In this document: positions 22,260 through 34,205 of the stretch, in pieces | Position numbering within the stretch: position 1 is the first letter of the stretch | Layout of the letters: each line of letters begins with the position of its first letter | NCBI GenBank assembly: GCA_964016885.1 | Contig: OZ024740.1 | Location: forward strand, 34,410,001-34,474,000 | DNA length: 64,000 bases | From: Eledone cirrhosa | Taxonomy: Eukaryota | Direction of reading: 5' to 3' | Position numbers and translations under genes: made by a program | The notes under the pieces: generated by a model | What the model was told of the DNA's origin: nothing | Databases searched by the model: none | Seen by the model: the letters and a program-made list of their open reading frames with translations, nothing else

Positions 22260-25200
22260 TGTGTAAAAACATTAAAGGAGGGCAATGGGGCTATCTGCAC
22301 AATGGACTTAGTCGATAACCGGATCCGCCCTACACGCGACAGCAGCTGTTCGACATAGCTCCACAAGTCAGCAATCCTCGGGCACTGAACAAGTGCGTGC
22401 ACGGCGATTTCGTTGCTCCGTGCGCATCTCGGACAGGTCCGGCTGACGGCACTTTTGTGCCTGTAGAGCTTATCTCGAACCGGTAACGCTCCCCAGTAGC
22501 ACTGCAGGCCAGGGATTTCTGGAAGTTGTCATTGGCCCTGGGCTGAAAGTTCTCCTGCAGAGAGCGAACAGCTGATCATCTTCGACGCCCAGGGTCTCCC
22601 CGAGAACGTCTTCACTCTTCCCTTCCACTAGTCCTCTATAGAACGCAGAGGTGGATGTTCCACCGATACTAGTGCCCAGCTGGTAGAGGGCGGTGAGCGC
22701 TTGGAAATATTCCAGCTTCCAAGCGATATCCCTCGGTCTTTTCCTGATCCAGGACTGCAGCTCCCTTAATGAGACGAGCCGAGGAAAAACACGTCTGGCA
22801 AACGGTGACCACACCTGTTCACCGCCAAGGAAGCACCAGCGCATCATCAGCCATGGTATGCCCAGCCCTCCACGCAACGGGTGTTGACAGCAGATGGATC
22901 GTCTGACCATGGGAGCACGTCCCTTCCATAAAAATCGGAAGAGGGCGTGCTCCATTTTTGGTCAGAGTTGGGCCGGGGCAAGGCACAACGGTTAGGCGGT
23001 AGCAGATGATGGATGCGATGAACGCATTCGCCACCTCTGCCCGACCTTTCAGGGACAGCTTCCTCTCGACCCATTTCTGGGTGAGAGAGGACACCCTGTT
23101 CATCACTTCGCTCCAGTTTTTCTCCATGTGAAGGTCCGGACCGAACCAGACCCCGAGAAATTTAACTCGTCCTTCCGTCCAGCGCCCCACAACGCTGTCG
23201 GGCGGCATGGACTTGCCTCTCCAGGTGCCGAGCTGCAAGCCCACCGACTTTTCCTGGTTTAACTTTGCTCCTGTCACTGCTTCATATTCCTTGAGAGCGG
23301 TGCCGAGCATTTGGACATGTCCGGCGCTTGACACCACCACGGTGACGTCGTCGGCGTAAGCCGATACAGATCTCCCATATCCCAGTTCGCGCGGGACGTC
23401 TCTCATCGCCTCCAATTTGTGCAGTAACGATTTTAGGCCCAATACGTACAAGAGTGACGAGAGGGGACAACCCTGACGGACCGAATGCATGATGCTGAAC
23501 GGCTGTGACAGATGACCGTTCACCTTCACAACTGAGCAGATGTTGCTGTGCATCGCAACGATCCAACCCCTGAAAACCGGCCCGAAACCAGCCGCCTCGA
23601 GGACCGCCACCAGATACCGATGGTCGACCCTTTCAAATGCGCATGTCTGCGCCTCTTCTACCAGATTACTGACGACTAGCGCCAATCTCGTTGCTAACAC
23701 CTTGGCCAAAATTTTGAAATCTGTGTTTAACAGAGTTATGGGCCTGAAGTTGTCTATAACTTCTCCTTTATTCGGGTCTTTTCTCAGCAGCGCCACCGCT
23801 TCCCGGCTTACAAAACTGGGAATGCTCCCGTTCTGCTTCCAGTTGCAGTAGACGTCTGCCAAGAGGTCGCAGAAGAAGTCTGGAATGTACGCATAAAGCT
23901 AGTAGGGCAGACCATCCTTCGGGCAGTCAGACATCGCTTCCCGTATTTCACCTGCTGTTATCGGCTTTTCGCAATACTGCACTGCGGTCGTCGAGACCGC
24001 ACTGAAGTTCATACTCTGATCTGGCCCGCCGCCGCTCCCAAACAGTTGAGCAAAGTGCTGCTGAAAAGCCTCACACATCTGCTCGGGTTCGAGTAACATG
24101 TGCCCCTTTTGGTCAGGCAAGGATTGAATTGTGGCTTTATTGCCACGTCGCGCCTCCACCACCCGGGCCCATTGGACAGCTTTTGTCCCCTCTTGTCTCA
24201 GAGCACGCGCTCTAGCTCTGACAACGCAGCCTTCTTGCTTTTCATTGAAGAATTGGTCGAGTGCCAATCTTGCCACAAGCACGTCGGTTGCGATGCCTGT
24301 CCTAAACGCCTCTTCTAGCTTTCTAACTAGCTCGCCCTCTACTCTATTTTCCTCTATCACTACTCCTTTGCTAAACCTTATTGATTCTACTCTAATTGCC
24401 CTTTTCAGGATAAACCACCACCTGTTGTTGACGATCGCACTCGTCAACGCCGGGAAAGACGCGTTCAGCTTCCAGTATCCAGGTCCTTGGAGTCTATGTA
24501 AGTCAACTTCACAGATCACAAATTTGTGATCCGAGTAGCCGACTACTTTAAATTGTGGACAACCTACGCTAGCCTTATCTGTTTCCCTACACAATACCCC
24601 ATCTGGGTGACTGGATGCGGTTTGCTCATATCCACATTGGCACATTCGGATAATCCAGTCGATACCTGTCAGATAGTTGAAAACGTCTGAGCAGGTTGGT
24701 GAGGCTTTTACATCCTCACTAGCCCCACATAACTTCAGCGTGCATCTAAGATACCGTTCCAGTCACCCACTAACACTAAAGAGCGGGACGTTCCAAGAAA
24801 GGTATCAAGACGTCTGAAGAAATCTGGCCGTCCTTCCCCTGTTGGAGCGTAGACGGCTACTAGCCTGAAAGCATTGCCTTCGCTGCCTGTCACATCCAGT
24901 ACCACCGACTTACCTTCTGGGTCCAGGAAGATGGCCTGTATGGCGAGATCCAAGCCTCTCCGAAAAAGCACAGCAAGTCTGCCTCCCGCTCCTGGGCGGC
25001 TGGGAGATGCATATACATCGTAGACGCCGAGGATCGGTGCGAAGTCTCGTGCTTCAGAAATTCTGGTCTCACTGATGGCCACCACATCTATATTTAGTGA
25101 CCTGAGATAGTTAAGCAGGTGGCCCTGCTTCCCAGATGACCCCAGGCCACCTAAATTTATACTGCCTATTCTAAGTAAGGCCATGTTGGGTGAGGAATGA

Positions 25201-25390
25201 AGTAAGTGAGAAAGGATCACCTACCCTGATCGTGTGGGAAAGGGACAGTTGAACCATCCCTTTGGCTGGTCATGGGTGTCTCCAAGATGATGTCGGTGTA
25301 TATCCTTTTGGTAACTGACCCTCTGAAGTCTCGAACTGCGTTGGGGAATTTTTCTTTTAAATCTTTATAATGTTCTATTTTAATTTCAAT
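22260..25390 (-). mobile_element. Tx1/L1-clade LINE: near-complete but frameshifted ORF2 (APE endonuclease, RT, C-terminal zinc finger) plus probable ORF1 end
   Basis: APE motifs (SIN.GGL, SET, VYAPT, GDWN, SDH) at 24500-25220; GPGYWKLNAS; RT motifs NFRPITLLNTDFKILAK, VRQGCPLS and AYADD at 22819-23862; CPRC..HALVQC near 22390-22440. An internal deletion in the RT and several frameshifts. Confidence 0.93.
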
Positions 25391-25638
25391 AATAATAATA
25401 ATGATAATATATATATATTTAGCAGGCAAGTTTCAAGATTTATACTATGTATAGTATATGCATGTAAATATCGGTCAATATTTATCACATATACCCATAC
25501 ATACACATACTCACACACAAACACGCATGCACACATACACTCGCACGCAGATGAACACGCGTGCGGACACGTAAACCAAACACAAAATAGAGCAATGTGA
25601 ATTATATTAAAATTGTACTAAATTTATTCTATTTTCAG

Positions 25639-25752
25639 GGTTTAATGGGTATCATTCTTGGCAGTTTCAATTTAGGTAACTCAGGTCCTGCTTTTCAAAA
25701 CCTTTTTACTGCTCAGGTAGCTGCTTACAACATTTTCAACATTATAGACGAG
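25639..25752 (+). CDS. ABCB1: ABCB1-like exon (114 nt; GLMGIILGSFNLGNSGPAFQNLFTAQVAAYNIFNIIDE; TM6)
   Basis: Acceptor ttttcag, donor GAG|gtacgc. Matches VLIGAFSVGQASP...AAYEIFKIID. Confidence 0.94.
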
Positions 25753-25879
25753 GTACGCAAAATATTTTACGTGTTTTTCTCCATAATATATATTCTATTA
25801 TATATTATATATACTATATGATATAAAATATACCTCCATTGTTTATATATATACATACATACATACACACACACACACT

Positions 25880-25913
<34 letters not shown>

Positions 25914-25921
25914 AGAAAAAT

Positions 25922-26736
25922 GTTGCACATAGGTTACATATGAATAAAATTAGTCCTTCATCAGTGATCTTCCAACCCTCATTGTTATTTCATCGCTTTA
26001 AAAATCATATACCTCTGGTTGGTGCGAGCAATAACTAAATAAAGTTGTTGGGACAAGTGAAACAGGGTGAAACGAGCGTGACATGTAAACAAACAACGAT
26101 GGTATTGCAACGGAAAGATAGGAAGAGACAAGTACATGATATCTATAAGCTTAAGCTTGGTGAATTCATGGACGAGAGATACAGACCATCCGACATGGGT
26201 GAGATGTGAGCGAGAAAAGGATTTCACACAGGTCAAACGGGAGGAAGTGAGAGAGGGGAGAAGCAGAGAGTAAGTGAGTGGAAGTGTGAGGAAGAGGCCA
26301 GCCGAGAGAGAGTGTGACTGGCAGAGGGAATAAAAAGAAGGTGAGAGATACAGAGAGAAGGGAAGCATTAAGAAAGAAACAGACAATCGCAGCTGAGGAA
26401 AAAATATAAATATAAGAAAAATGGAGTGCTGCGTGGTTGCACATGGGTTACATATGAATAAAATGAGTCCTTCATCAGTGATCTTCCAACTGTATCTCTC
26501 GTCCATGAATTCACCAAGCTTAAGCTTATAGATATCATGTACTTGTCTCTTCCTATCTTTCCGTTGCATTACCATCGTTGTTTGTTTACATATCTCGCTC
26601 ATTTCACCCTATTTCACTTGTCCCAATAATTTTATTTAGTTATTGCTCGCACAAACCAGAGGTATATGATTTTTAAAACGATGAAATACCAATGAAAGTT
26701 GGAAGATCACTGATGAAGGACTAATTTTATTCATAT
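25922..26736. repeat. Inverted duplication (about 245-bp arms, 25938-26184 vs 26490-26736) with a short direct repeat of the start at 26436-26490
   Basis: Direct reverse-complement match. A third copy lies at 29365-29680. Confidence 0.9.
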
Positions 26737-26844
26737 ATATATATATGTACTATAGTTAAAACAGAAAACAAAAAAACAAATACAAAGCGAAGAGGCAGTA
26801 CAAAGTGTTTATATTAGGTTCACGCTTGAGAGTGGGGGTTGGGG

Positions 26845-26880
26845 ACGACGTTTCGGGCATAAGCCCTTCATCAGGAGAAA
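26845..26880 (-). ncRNA. Minimal hammerhead-like motif (PLE terminal repeat)
   Basis: Minus strand CTGATGA-A-GGGC-TTAT-GCCC-GAAACGTC. Stem I pairing is poor. Confidence 0.5.
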
Positions 26881-29269
26881 AGTGGACAGGAAAAGAGTTC
26901 CGAGGGTGTGAGGGGGAGTGATAGAAAGACATTAAAAGGGGGGAGGGAGGAAAAAACACTTTTTAGAGAGTAAAAAAATATTAAAATGAAACAAGTGGTG
27001 AAAGGGTATGAGGCGTGTAGGGGTGGTGGTGGGTGGATGGACGAGGAGAGGGGAGAGGGAGACGGGGGCTCCGAGCGGGGAGGGCGTAAGGTGGTGTGTG
27101 TGTATGTGTGTAGGTGTACGTGTGTGTGTGTGTGTGTGTGTGTGGATGTGAATGAGAGAGTTTGGGGAAGAACGAGGTTCCATGTTCGGATAATAGAGAA
27201 ACCAGTGTGTACATGGGGTGTAAGTCAGTGTGTGTGCGTGTGGAGAGGGGTCAGAGGGTGGGGGAGAAGGGGCGTGTGGAGTCCGGAGACTGAGTGTGTG
27301 TATGTAAGGATACGCATGTATGTGTGTGTTTTTGTGTGGTGTGGATGTATGGTTGCGTGGTGCGAAAATAGTGTAAGTGTTTGTGTGTGTGTTCTTGGAT
27401 GTTTTTTCCGCGGAGTGTAGGAACGGATGTTGAAAATTCTGAGTGTAGCAGGGTGGATACCTGGAGCGGTGGACCGATGGTGTAGAATCCTAGGTATAGT
27501 AATGAGGAAGTAGAAAGTTGTGGGATGCGCGCGCGACAGGAAGTGGTCAGAGGGTCAAGACAGGGCGAAGGATGTGGGAGGGAGGAAGGATATAGCAGTA
27601 GGAAGGTGACAAGCAGGCAGTGTAGGGAATAGGCAGACGGACAGGTGTTAGAGATGGTCTGTATGTGGTGTGGAATCTGTGTATGTGTGTGCGGAGGTGC
27701 GGTGGACAAGGGAGGGGATGGGTATGTGTGGAAGGTTGAGGGAGAGGGTGGCGGTGTGGGGACGTTGTGTGTATATTAGTGGAGGTGTTAGTGGGATGTG
27801 TGTGTGTGTGTGGGGAGGGGGGTGTTGGTAGTGCGGGGAGAGAGAGAGAGAAGGTGCTGAGGACAGTATGAGGGACTGTAATGTACTGGCGTGTGTGTGT
27901 GTGTTAGAGTGGGTGTTAGTATTATTGGTGGTGGGGCGTTTGAATGCAAGTGTGGAGTGAGGTTAGTGGTGGTAGTGTGGGTGTGGAGTGGCTGGTGTAT
28001 CGGGGTGTACGTGGGTGTGGGTGGGGGTTAGTGGTGGTAGTAGGGTGTGTGAATAGTGTGAGTGAGTGTATATATGTACTGGCGTGTGTGTGTGTGTGTT
28101 GAAGGTATGGGTGCGCCTGTGATAGGGGGAGGGGTGGGGGTGTTAGTATTATTAGTTGTGGGGTGGGCCAAGAGGGTGGGAGATGGCTGTAGTGGAGGGG
28201 ATGGGGAAACTTGGGATTGTTTTAGTGGTGTTAGTAGGGGGTTGTGTAGGGGAGGAGACGGCCGAAGGCTAAAGGAAGAGGGGTGGGGAGTTCAGGCCGG
28301 GTGTATGTGGGTAGTAGTAGGAAGATGGTGTGTTGCTTGACCGTCAGGTGGGTGGCGGGTGTCCCATGGCATTGGATCAGGCCACAGACGGTGAGGTGGT
28401 GGGCGGAATGTCTACGGGAACCAAATTGGCGGGCGATGGGGGAACTCCCGCCGAGAGGAATATCTTGGAGGTGCTCCGTACACCGATCCGCCAGGCGACG
28501 ACCGGTCTGTCCGACGTAGGTTGTGCTGCACTCCCTGCAGCGAACTCCATAGACGAGGTTGGAGGAGGTGCAGCGGAAGGTGTGCCGGACAGAGAGAGAG
28601 TGGCCGTTGGGACCCTGGAAGGTGGTGGTGTTGGTGATGTGGGGGCAGGTGTGGCAGCGAGGTCTGGAGCAGAGAAGGGAACCGGGAGGAAACGGGGGTA
28701 GGGAGCTGCGGACGAAAAGGGAGCGGAGGTTGCGCGCGCGTTTGAAGGAAGGGAGGGTGGTGATGGGAAGATGGGGGAGGTGGAGGTGGAGGGGTAGGGA
28801 GGAGGGGTGGTAGGTGAGGGGGAACAGGAGACGGTGAGTGGGGGCGCGGGGTTGTGAGGTGAGGGTGGTGGAGCGGTGGATTGCGCGGGCGCGAGCGAAG
28901 GCGGCGTGGACGAGGGAGGGGGTAACCTCTCCGGATGAAATGGCTGACTAGAGACAGTCTCGAAGTTAGCATCTCGACTGCAGAGACGGCGGATCCGGAG
29001 GAGTTGGAAGTAAGGAATGGAGTGTTTGATGTGTGTAGGGTGGGAGGAGGTGAAGTCGAGGTAGGAGTGGGAGGAGGTGGGTTTGAAGAAGGCGGAGGTG
29101 ACGAGGGAGCGGTGTGAGGGGTCGATGGAGACGGATATGTCCAAGAAGTGGACGTGGATGGCGGAGATAGAGGTGATAAAGTGGAGGGAGGGGTGGAAGG
29201 AGCAGAAGAAGGAAAGAAACGAGTCGAGCTGGTCTCGTGGTTCCGATGCAGTCGTCGATGTACCGAAGG

Positions 29270-29305
29270 TCTCAACATTTCGGACGCTAGTCCTTCATCA
29301 GAAGA
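29270..29305 (-). ncRNA. Minimal type I hammerhead-like motif
   Basis: Minus strand TCTT-CTGATGA-A-GGAC-TAGC-GTCC-GAAATGTT-GAGA. Confidence 0.55.
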
Positions 29306-29674
29306 AAGAATGAGAAATAAGATAGATTGAGGGGACGGGTGGGTTGGAATTGGAAAAAAATGTCTCTCTCACTTCCTCCCGTTTGACCTGTGTGAAATCC
29401 TTTTCTCGCTCACATCTCACCCATGTCGGATGGTCTGTATCTCTCGTCCATGAATTCACCAAGCTTAAGATTACAGATATCATGTACTTGTCTCTTCCTA
29501 TCTTTCCGTTACAATACCATCGTTGTTTGTTTACATGTCTCGCTCATTTCACCCTATTTCCCTTGTCCCAATAACTTTATTTAGTTATTGCTCGCTCCAA
29601 CCAGAGGTATATGATTTTTAAAGCGATGAAATACCAATGAAAGTTGGAAGATCACTGATGAAGGACTAATTTTA

Positions 29675-29793
<119 letters not shown>

Positions 29794-29852
29794 ACATTTT
29801 TTTCCAATTCCAACCCGCCCGTGCCCTCAGTCCGTCCTATTTCTCATTCTTT

Positions 29853-29888
29853 CTTCTGATGAAAGATTAGCGTCCGAAACGTTAAGAC
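29853..29888 (+). ncRNA. Minimal type I hammerhead-like motif (inverted copy)
   Basis: TCTT-CTGATGA-AAGAT-TAGC-GTCC-GAAACGTT-AAGA, with stem I TCTT/AAGA and a palindromic AACGTT stem III. Confidence 0.5.
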
Positions 29889-29989
29889 CCTGTTCCTGCT
29901 ATATCAAGTGTTAACCTAATATACCCCTTCCATATACTGTACCGATTGTGTTGTTATTTCTGTTTACCTTTTACATAGAGCAGAGTATG

Positions 29990-30254
29990 ATATCACAGTA
30001 AAAAAGAGAAAAAGAGAATTAGTGTTGCGATAATGGAATTTATTGGACATATTACAATCGTTTCTCTGGCGACAAGCTCGAGGCACGATCGATGTGATGA
30101 TCCTCACATACGTCTTGATTCTACGAAGCAGATTTTCAGAGTCAGGTTCGATCATCACATCGATCGTGCCTCGGGCTGATCGCCAGAGAAACAATTGTAA
30201 TATGTCCAATAAATTCCATTGTCGCAACACTGATTCTCTTTTTTTCTGTGATAT
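29990..30254. mobile_element. Hairpin MITE (about 100-110-bp arms, about 35-nt spacer)
   Basis: ATATCACAG..GAGAATTAGTGTTGCG...GATGTGATGATC mirrors GATCATCACATC...CGCAACACTGATTCTC..CTGTGATAT. Confidence 0.85.
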
Positions 30255-30257
30255 ATA

Positions 30258-30625
30258 TCATCATCATCATCATCACTGTTTTACGTCCGTTCTTCCATGC
30301 TAGCATGGGTTAGACGGGTTGTCCTGTTGTGGGCAGTGTCTGGTCGGCTGACCTTGTCTTGCTCATACGGGATTTCTACAGCTGGATGCCCTTCCTAACA
30401 CCAACCTCATTTACAGTGAGTGCTGGGTGCTTTTTTGTCGTGGCACCTCCACGACCACTTTGCAGTGGAATGATAGGGACCCCAGTCCCTATCATCTCAT
30501 TTCTACAGCTGAGTGAACTGGAGCAATGTGAAATAAAGTGTCTTGCTCAAGGAAACAACACATCACCCGGTCCGAGAATTGAACTCACAACCTTTCGATT
30601 GCAAGGTCAATGCTCTAACCACTAA

Positions 30626-30630
<5 letters not shown>
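30258..30630 (-). mobile_element. SINE(s): family B head (30505-30630) followed by family C body and (GAT)n tail (30258-30460)
   Basis: Minus strand TGGCTTAGTGGTTAG A-box, GAGTTCAATTC B-box, CCTTGAGCAAGACACTT, and tail GCTAGCATGGAAGAACGGACGTAAAA..(GAT)n. Confidence 0.7.
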
Positions 30631-30712
<82 letters not shown>

Positions 30713-31471
30713 ATGTATGTATGTATATATATATATGTATGTATGTATGTATATATATATGTATGTATGTATATATATATATGTATGTATGTATATATAT
30801 ATATATATGTATATATATATGTATATACATATATGTATATATTTATGTTAGGTCACCAGTTGGTGCTACTGGTAACATGTATCCCAGTACAACCTGTCTC
30901 ATGGTCGGGTCGTTGGCGACTAAACTGGCAACCCCACCAAGGTTTCTTGGTGAGGAGGGTGACTTTGGACATCCTGCAGGACTAAAAACAAAACCTGTCA
31001 AAAGGCAAAGGAGCTCTTAAGAGTCAATGGCCATCCAAAATCACCGGGAGAGATGACCCCTTAGCCTTTGTCAAGGCAGAATTCTAGGAGAAGGAAAACT
31101 CTGATATAACACCTGCAACCCTGATGGTATCCAATGATGTTGACTTGTTCTTCTTTTTGGTAAATATCATCTTGGTTAAGAGAGTGGGACTGGCTTTGTG
31201 CAGTGCCTTTGCTCACTATAAAAGCTTCACGGCACAGGCATTGCTTTATATCTGGAGATCTCTCTGCATTTGTCGTCACATGGTACCATGCTCCCAGCAC
31301 TATGTGTCAATAATTGTCACAGGTGTAGTGTTTGTACCAGAATTTTCAAGTCGCTGGCTGGACTAAAAAGTCACACTCGTTCAGAGCATCGGTATGGGTT
31401 CTCCTACATGGATATAAAGTAGTGGCCGTACTCGAAAACGAGTTGGCAGCCACCATATATATGTATGTATA

Positions 31472-31507
<36 letters not shown>

Positions 31508-31927
31508 TATATATGTATGTATGTATATATATGTATGTATATATGTATGTATGTATGTATATATATATGTATGTATGTATATATATATATATGTATGTAT
31601 GAGTTGCGACCGATAGATAGTACTAGCAACTGGAAAGACCGACGAAAACATTGTTTCCTCGGTCCGATTTGACGAAAGTCGATCGATTCTTTTTTTAATT
31701 TTTTTTTTTTATGTATGTATGTATATATATATATGTATATATATGTATGTATATATATATATGTATGTATGTATGTATATATATATGTATGTATGTATAT
31801 ATATGTATGTATGTATGTATATATATGTATGTATGTATATATATGTATGTATGTATGTATATATATGTATGTATGTATGTATATATATGTATGTATGTAT
31901 GTATGTATATATATGTATGTATGTATG

Positions 31928-31960
<33 letters not shown>

Positions 31961-32005
31961 ATATATATATATATGTATGTATGTATGTATATATATGTAT
32001 GTATG

Positions 32006-32048
<43 letters not shown>

Positions 32049-32063
32049 ATATATGTATGTATG

Positions 32064-32100
<37 letters not shown>

Positions 32101-32101
32101 G

Positions 32102-32183
<82 letters not shown>
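30629..32183. repeat. Cluster of (TA)n/(TATG)n microsatellites (30629-30845, 31456-31600, 31710-32183)
   Basis: Direct reading. A further (TA)n run lies at 29678-29790. Confidence 0.97.
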
Positions 32184-32186
<3 letters not shown>

Positions 32187-32224
32187 AGGAAGTTATAGTT
32201 CACTTGAAGCATTGTGTAATGAGG

Positions 32225-32877
32225 TATAAACGTTTGTATATGTATAATAAACCCCAAACAATGCGGGTATGGACATAGAATAAAGAATGCAAATGCAAAA
32301 GATATTGTTGACAATTAGTCTTTTACCTTAGGTTTATTTAAATGTCCTTAATTTTCGAGATAATATCTCTTCTTCGGAGGGAAGTAAAGCGGTTAAACCA
32401 GTGTTCTAAATAGCTTGCCAAGCCATGCTGACAGGAAATGGTATAGAGTATCTGTTCTATCTCTAATATCAAAGAGTTAAGGTTAGGTGGATAAAGAGTA
32501 GTCTCTCTTTAAAAGGTTTTTTTTTGTACATGCCTGTTTAAGTGTGTGGGAGAATGCGTGAAGGTGTAAGTATGTGTATGTGTGTGTGCGTGTGTGTATG
32601 TGTGTGTGAGTATGAGAAGATATGTCTATACGTAAATGTGGGGGATAGATGTTATCTCGTGTTAGAACTGGTCTTTGTGTGTGTATGTGTGTGTGTGAGA
32701 GAGAATAAGTGGAGGTGTAAGCATGTGTGTGTGTGTGCGTGTGTGTATGCGTGTGTGTGGGAGGGGTGTGTAAATATGGGGCTAGATGCTCTAATTGTCA
32801 ACAATATCTTTTGCATTTGCATTCTTTATTCTATGTCCATCCCTGCATTGCTTTGTCTTTATTATACATATACAAAC

Positions 32878-32884
<7 letters not shown>
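32225..32884. repeat. About 93-bp inverted repeats (32225-32318 / 32791-32884) enclosing a GT-rich segment; probable PLE-derived remnant
   Basis: The arms match as reverse complements. A degenerate hammerhead-like motif CCGAAGA-A-GAGA-TATTA-TCTC-GAAA lies on the minus strand at about 32353-32378. Confidence 0.7.
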
Positions 32885-32926
<42 letters not shown>

Positions 32927-32986
32927 CATATACAATTAATTATAATTATAATTATATTATTTACTTATGTTCACAGGTTTGATATA

Positions 32987-33224
32987 CAGTGAAACTCCAT
33001 TATAACGAAATTCCCGGGGGTATACAAAATTCGTTGTTACGAAAAATTCTTTATAACTAGATGGACCGAATTAAGTCGAGCGTATGATGCTATTACCACG
33101 GTGATAGAAAAACCTATTCATTTTACTGAAAAATTCGTTATAATGGTATTCGTTATAAAGGAATTTTACCTGTAGTATATTACTGAAAAGATTTACTAGA
33201 ATTTCGTCATAACGAAATTCACTG
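32987..33224. mobile_element. pogo/Tigger-like MITE
   Basis: TA|CAGTGAAACTCCATTATAACGAAATT ... AATTTCGTCATAACGAAATTCACTG|TA, with repeated TATAACGAA motifs. Confidence 0.7.
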
Positions 33225-33227
33225 TAT

Positions 33228-33660
33228 ATCATCATCATCATTTTACGTCAACTTTTCCCTGCTAGCAAGGATGGGACGGGTCCTATTCAGCACAGCATCT
33301 CTCCATTTTTCACGGTCTTTCGTCAACTCCTCCGTGACCTTCAGCAATAATAGGTCTGCTCTCATCACCTCCGCCCATGTTTTTCGTGGTCTTCCTCTAC
33401 TGCATCTTCCTTCTACTGGCATTTCTTGGCACTTCTTTACCCAGTGGTCATCCTTCATGCGCACCACATGCCCATACCATCTCAATCTTCTCACCCGCAC
33501 ACTACAATTTATACCTCTTATACACAGTTTCTCTCTCAACACATCCATGCTCGGTCGTTTACGTACATTGACATTGCACATCCAACGGAGCATGCTTGCT
33601 TCATTTCTCTCCAGCTATCGCATATCCTCTGCAGTTGCTGCCCATGTCTCACTACTATGT
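33228..33660 (-). mobile_element. RTE-clade LINE 3' end with (GAT)n tail
   Basis: SETWA..MLRWMC..RRLRWYGHVVRM..GRCSRGRPRKTW, with the stop codon adjacent to the tail. Confidence 0.9.
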
Positions 33661-33700
33661 ATACTATAGATAATTTTCAACAATATATAATCTTTTCCAG

Positions 33701-33811
33701 GAATCTCCTATTGATAATTTATCAACGAGTGGTTCGTCAGCAAGTGGTGTGCAAGGAAAAATTACCTTCGAAGATGTTGCTTTTAGATATCCTTCCCGAC
33801 CTGATGCTCTT
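33701..33811 (+). CDS. ABCB1: ABCB1-like exon (111 nt; ESPIDNLSTSGSSASGVQGKITFEDVAFRYPSRPDAL; start of NBD1, A-loop)
   Basis: Acceptor tcttttccag, donor CTT|gtaagt. Contains the G.I.F..V.F.YPSRPD signature that precedes Walker A. Confidence 0.94.
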
Positions 33812-34205
33812 GTAAGTATTTGAGACAATATAATGAAGCACCCAGTCAACTAATGATGGTACAGGTAAAATTCCGTGCTACAAATACCGATATAACGAAT
33901 TTTTTAGTATAACGAAATTTTAATTATATTTTCAATATTCGGCAAGGCCAACCGTTACTCGCTCAGTATGCAAATGAGGCTAATCAGCCTATGCATGCTT
34001 CAGAAAATACTACATATTTTCAACCGTTCAATAGATTGGCAGAGAGCTAAATAGTCTCGATGAAGGGTAATGAGCTAGAAACATGTTAATTGTTCCTCGA
34101 TGCCACTGTTGAACAAATGGATGACGATTGGACATCAAGGCACAGCACAGCTTTGTCGAGCCGTTTGCTGGCAAACGGATCGAATATTATTTAAGAGACT
34201 ATAGT

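Larger units (their letters stand above)
26750..29330 (-). mobile_element. Penelope-like element, 5'-truncated (RT C-terminus plus GIY-YIG endonuclease), decayed
   Basis: KPTSSHSYLDFTSSHPTHIKHSIPYFQLLRIRRLCS (PLE RT thumb region) and NLVYGVRCRECSTTYVGQTGRRLADRCTEHL (GIY-YIG, about 28465-28560). Hammerhead-like motifs at both ends. Confidence 0.88.

Noticed and set aside
25985-26602. 205-aa ORF
   Set aside because: It lies within the inverted-duplication unit and an AG-rich tract, with no domain signature.
30850-31400. Possible RTE 5' fragment between microsatellites
   Set aside because: It resembles retroelement sequence but no diagnostic motif could be read.
30543-32992. YI/MYV-rich ORFs
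   Set aside because: Translations of (TA)n, (TATG)n and (TG)n tracts.
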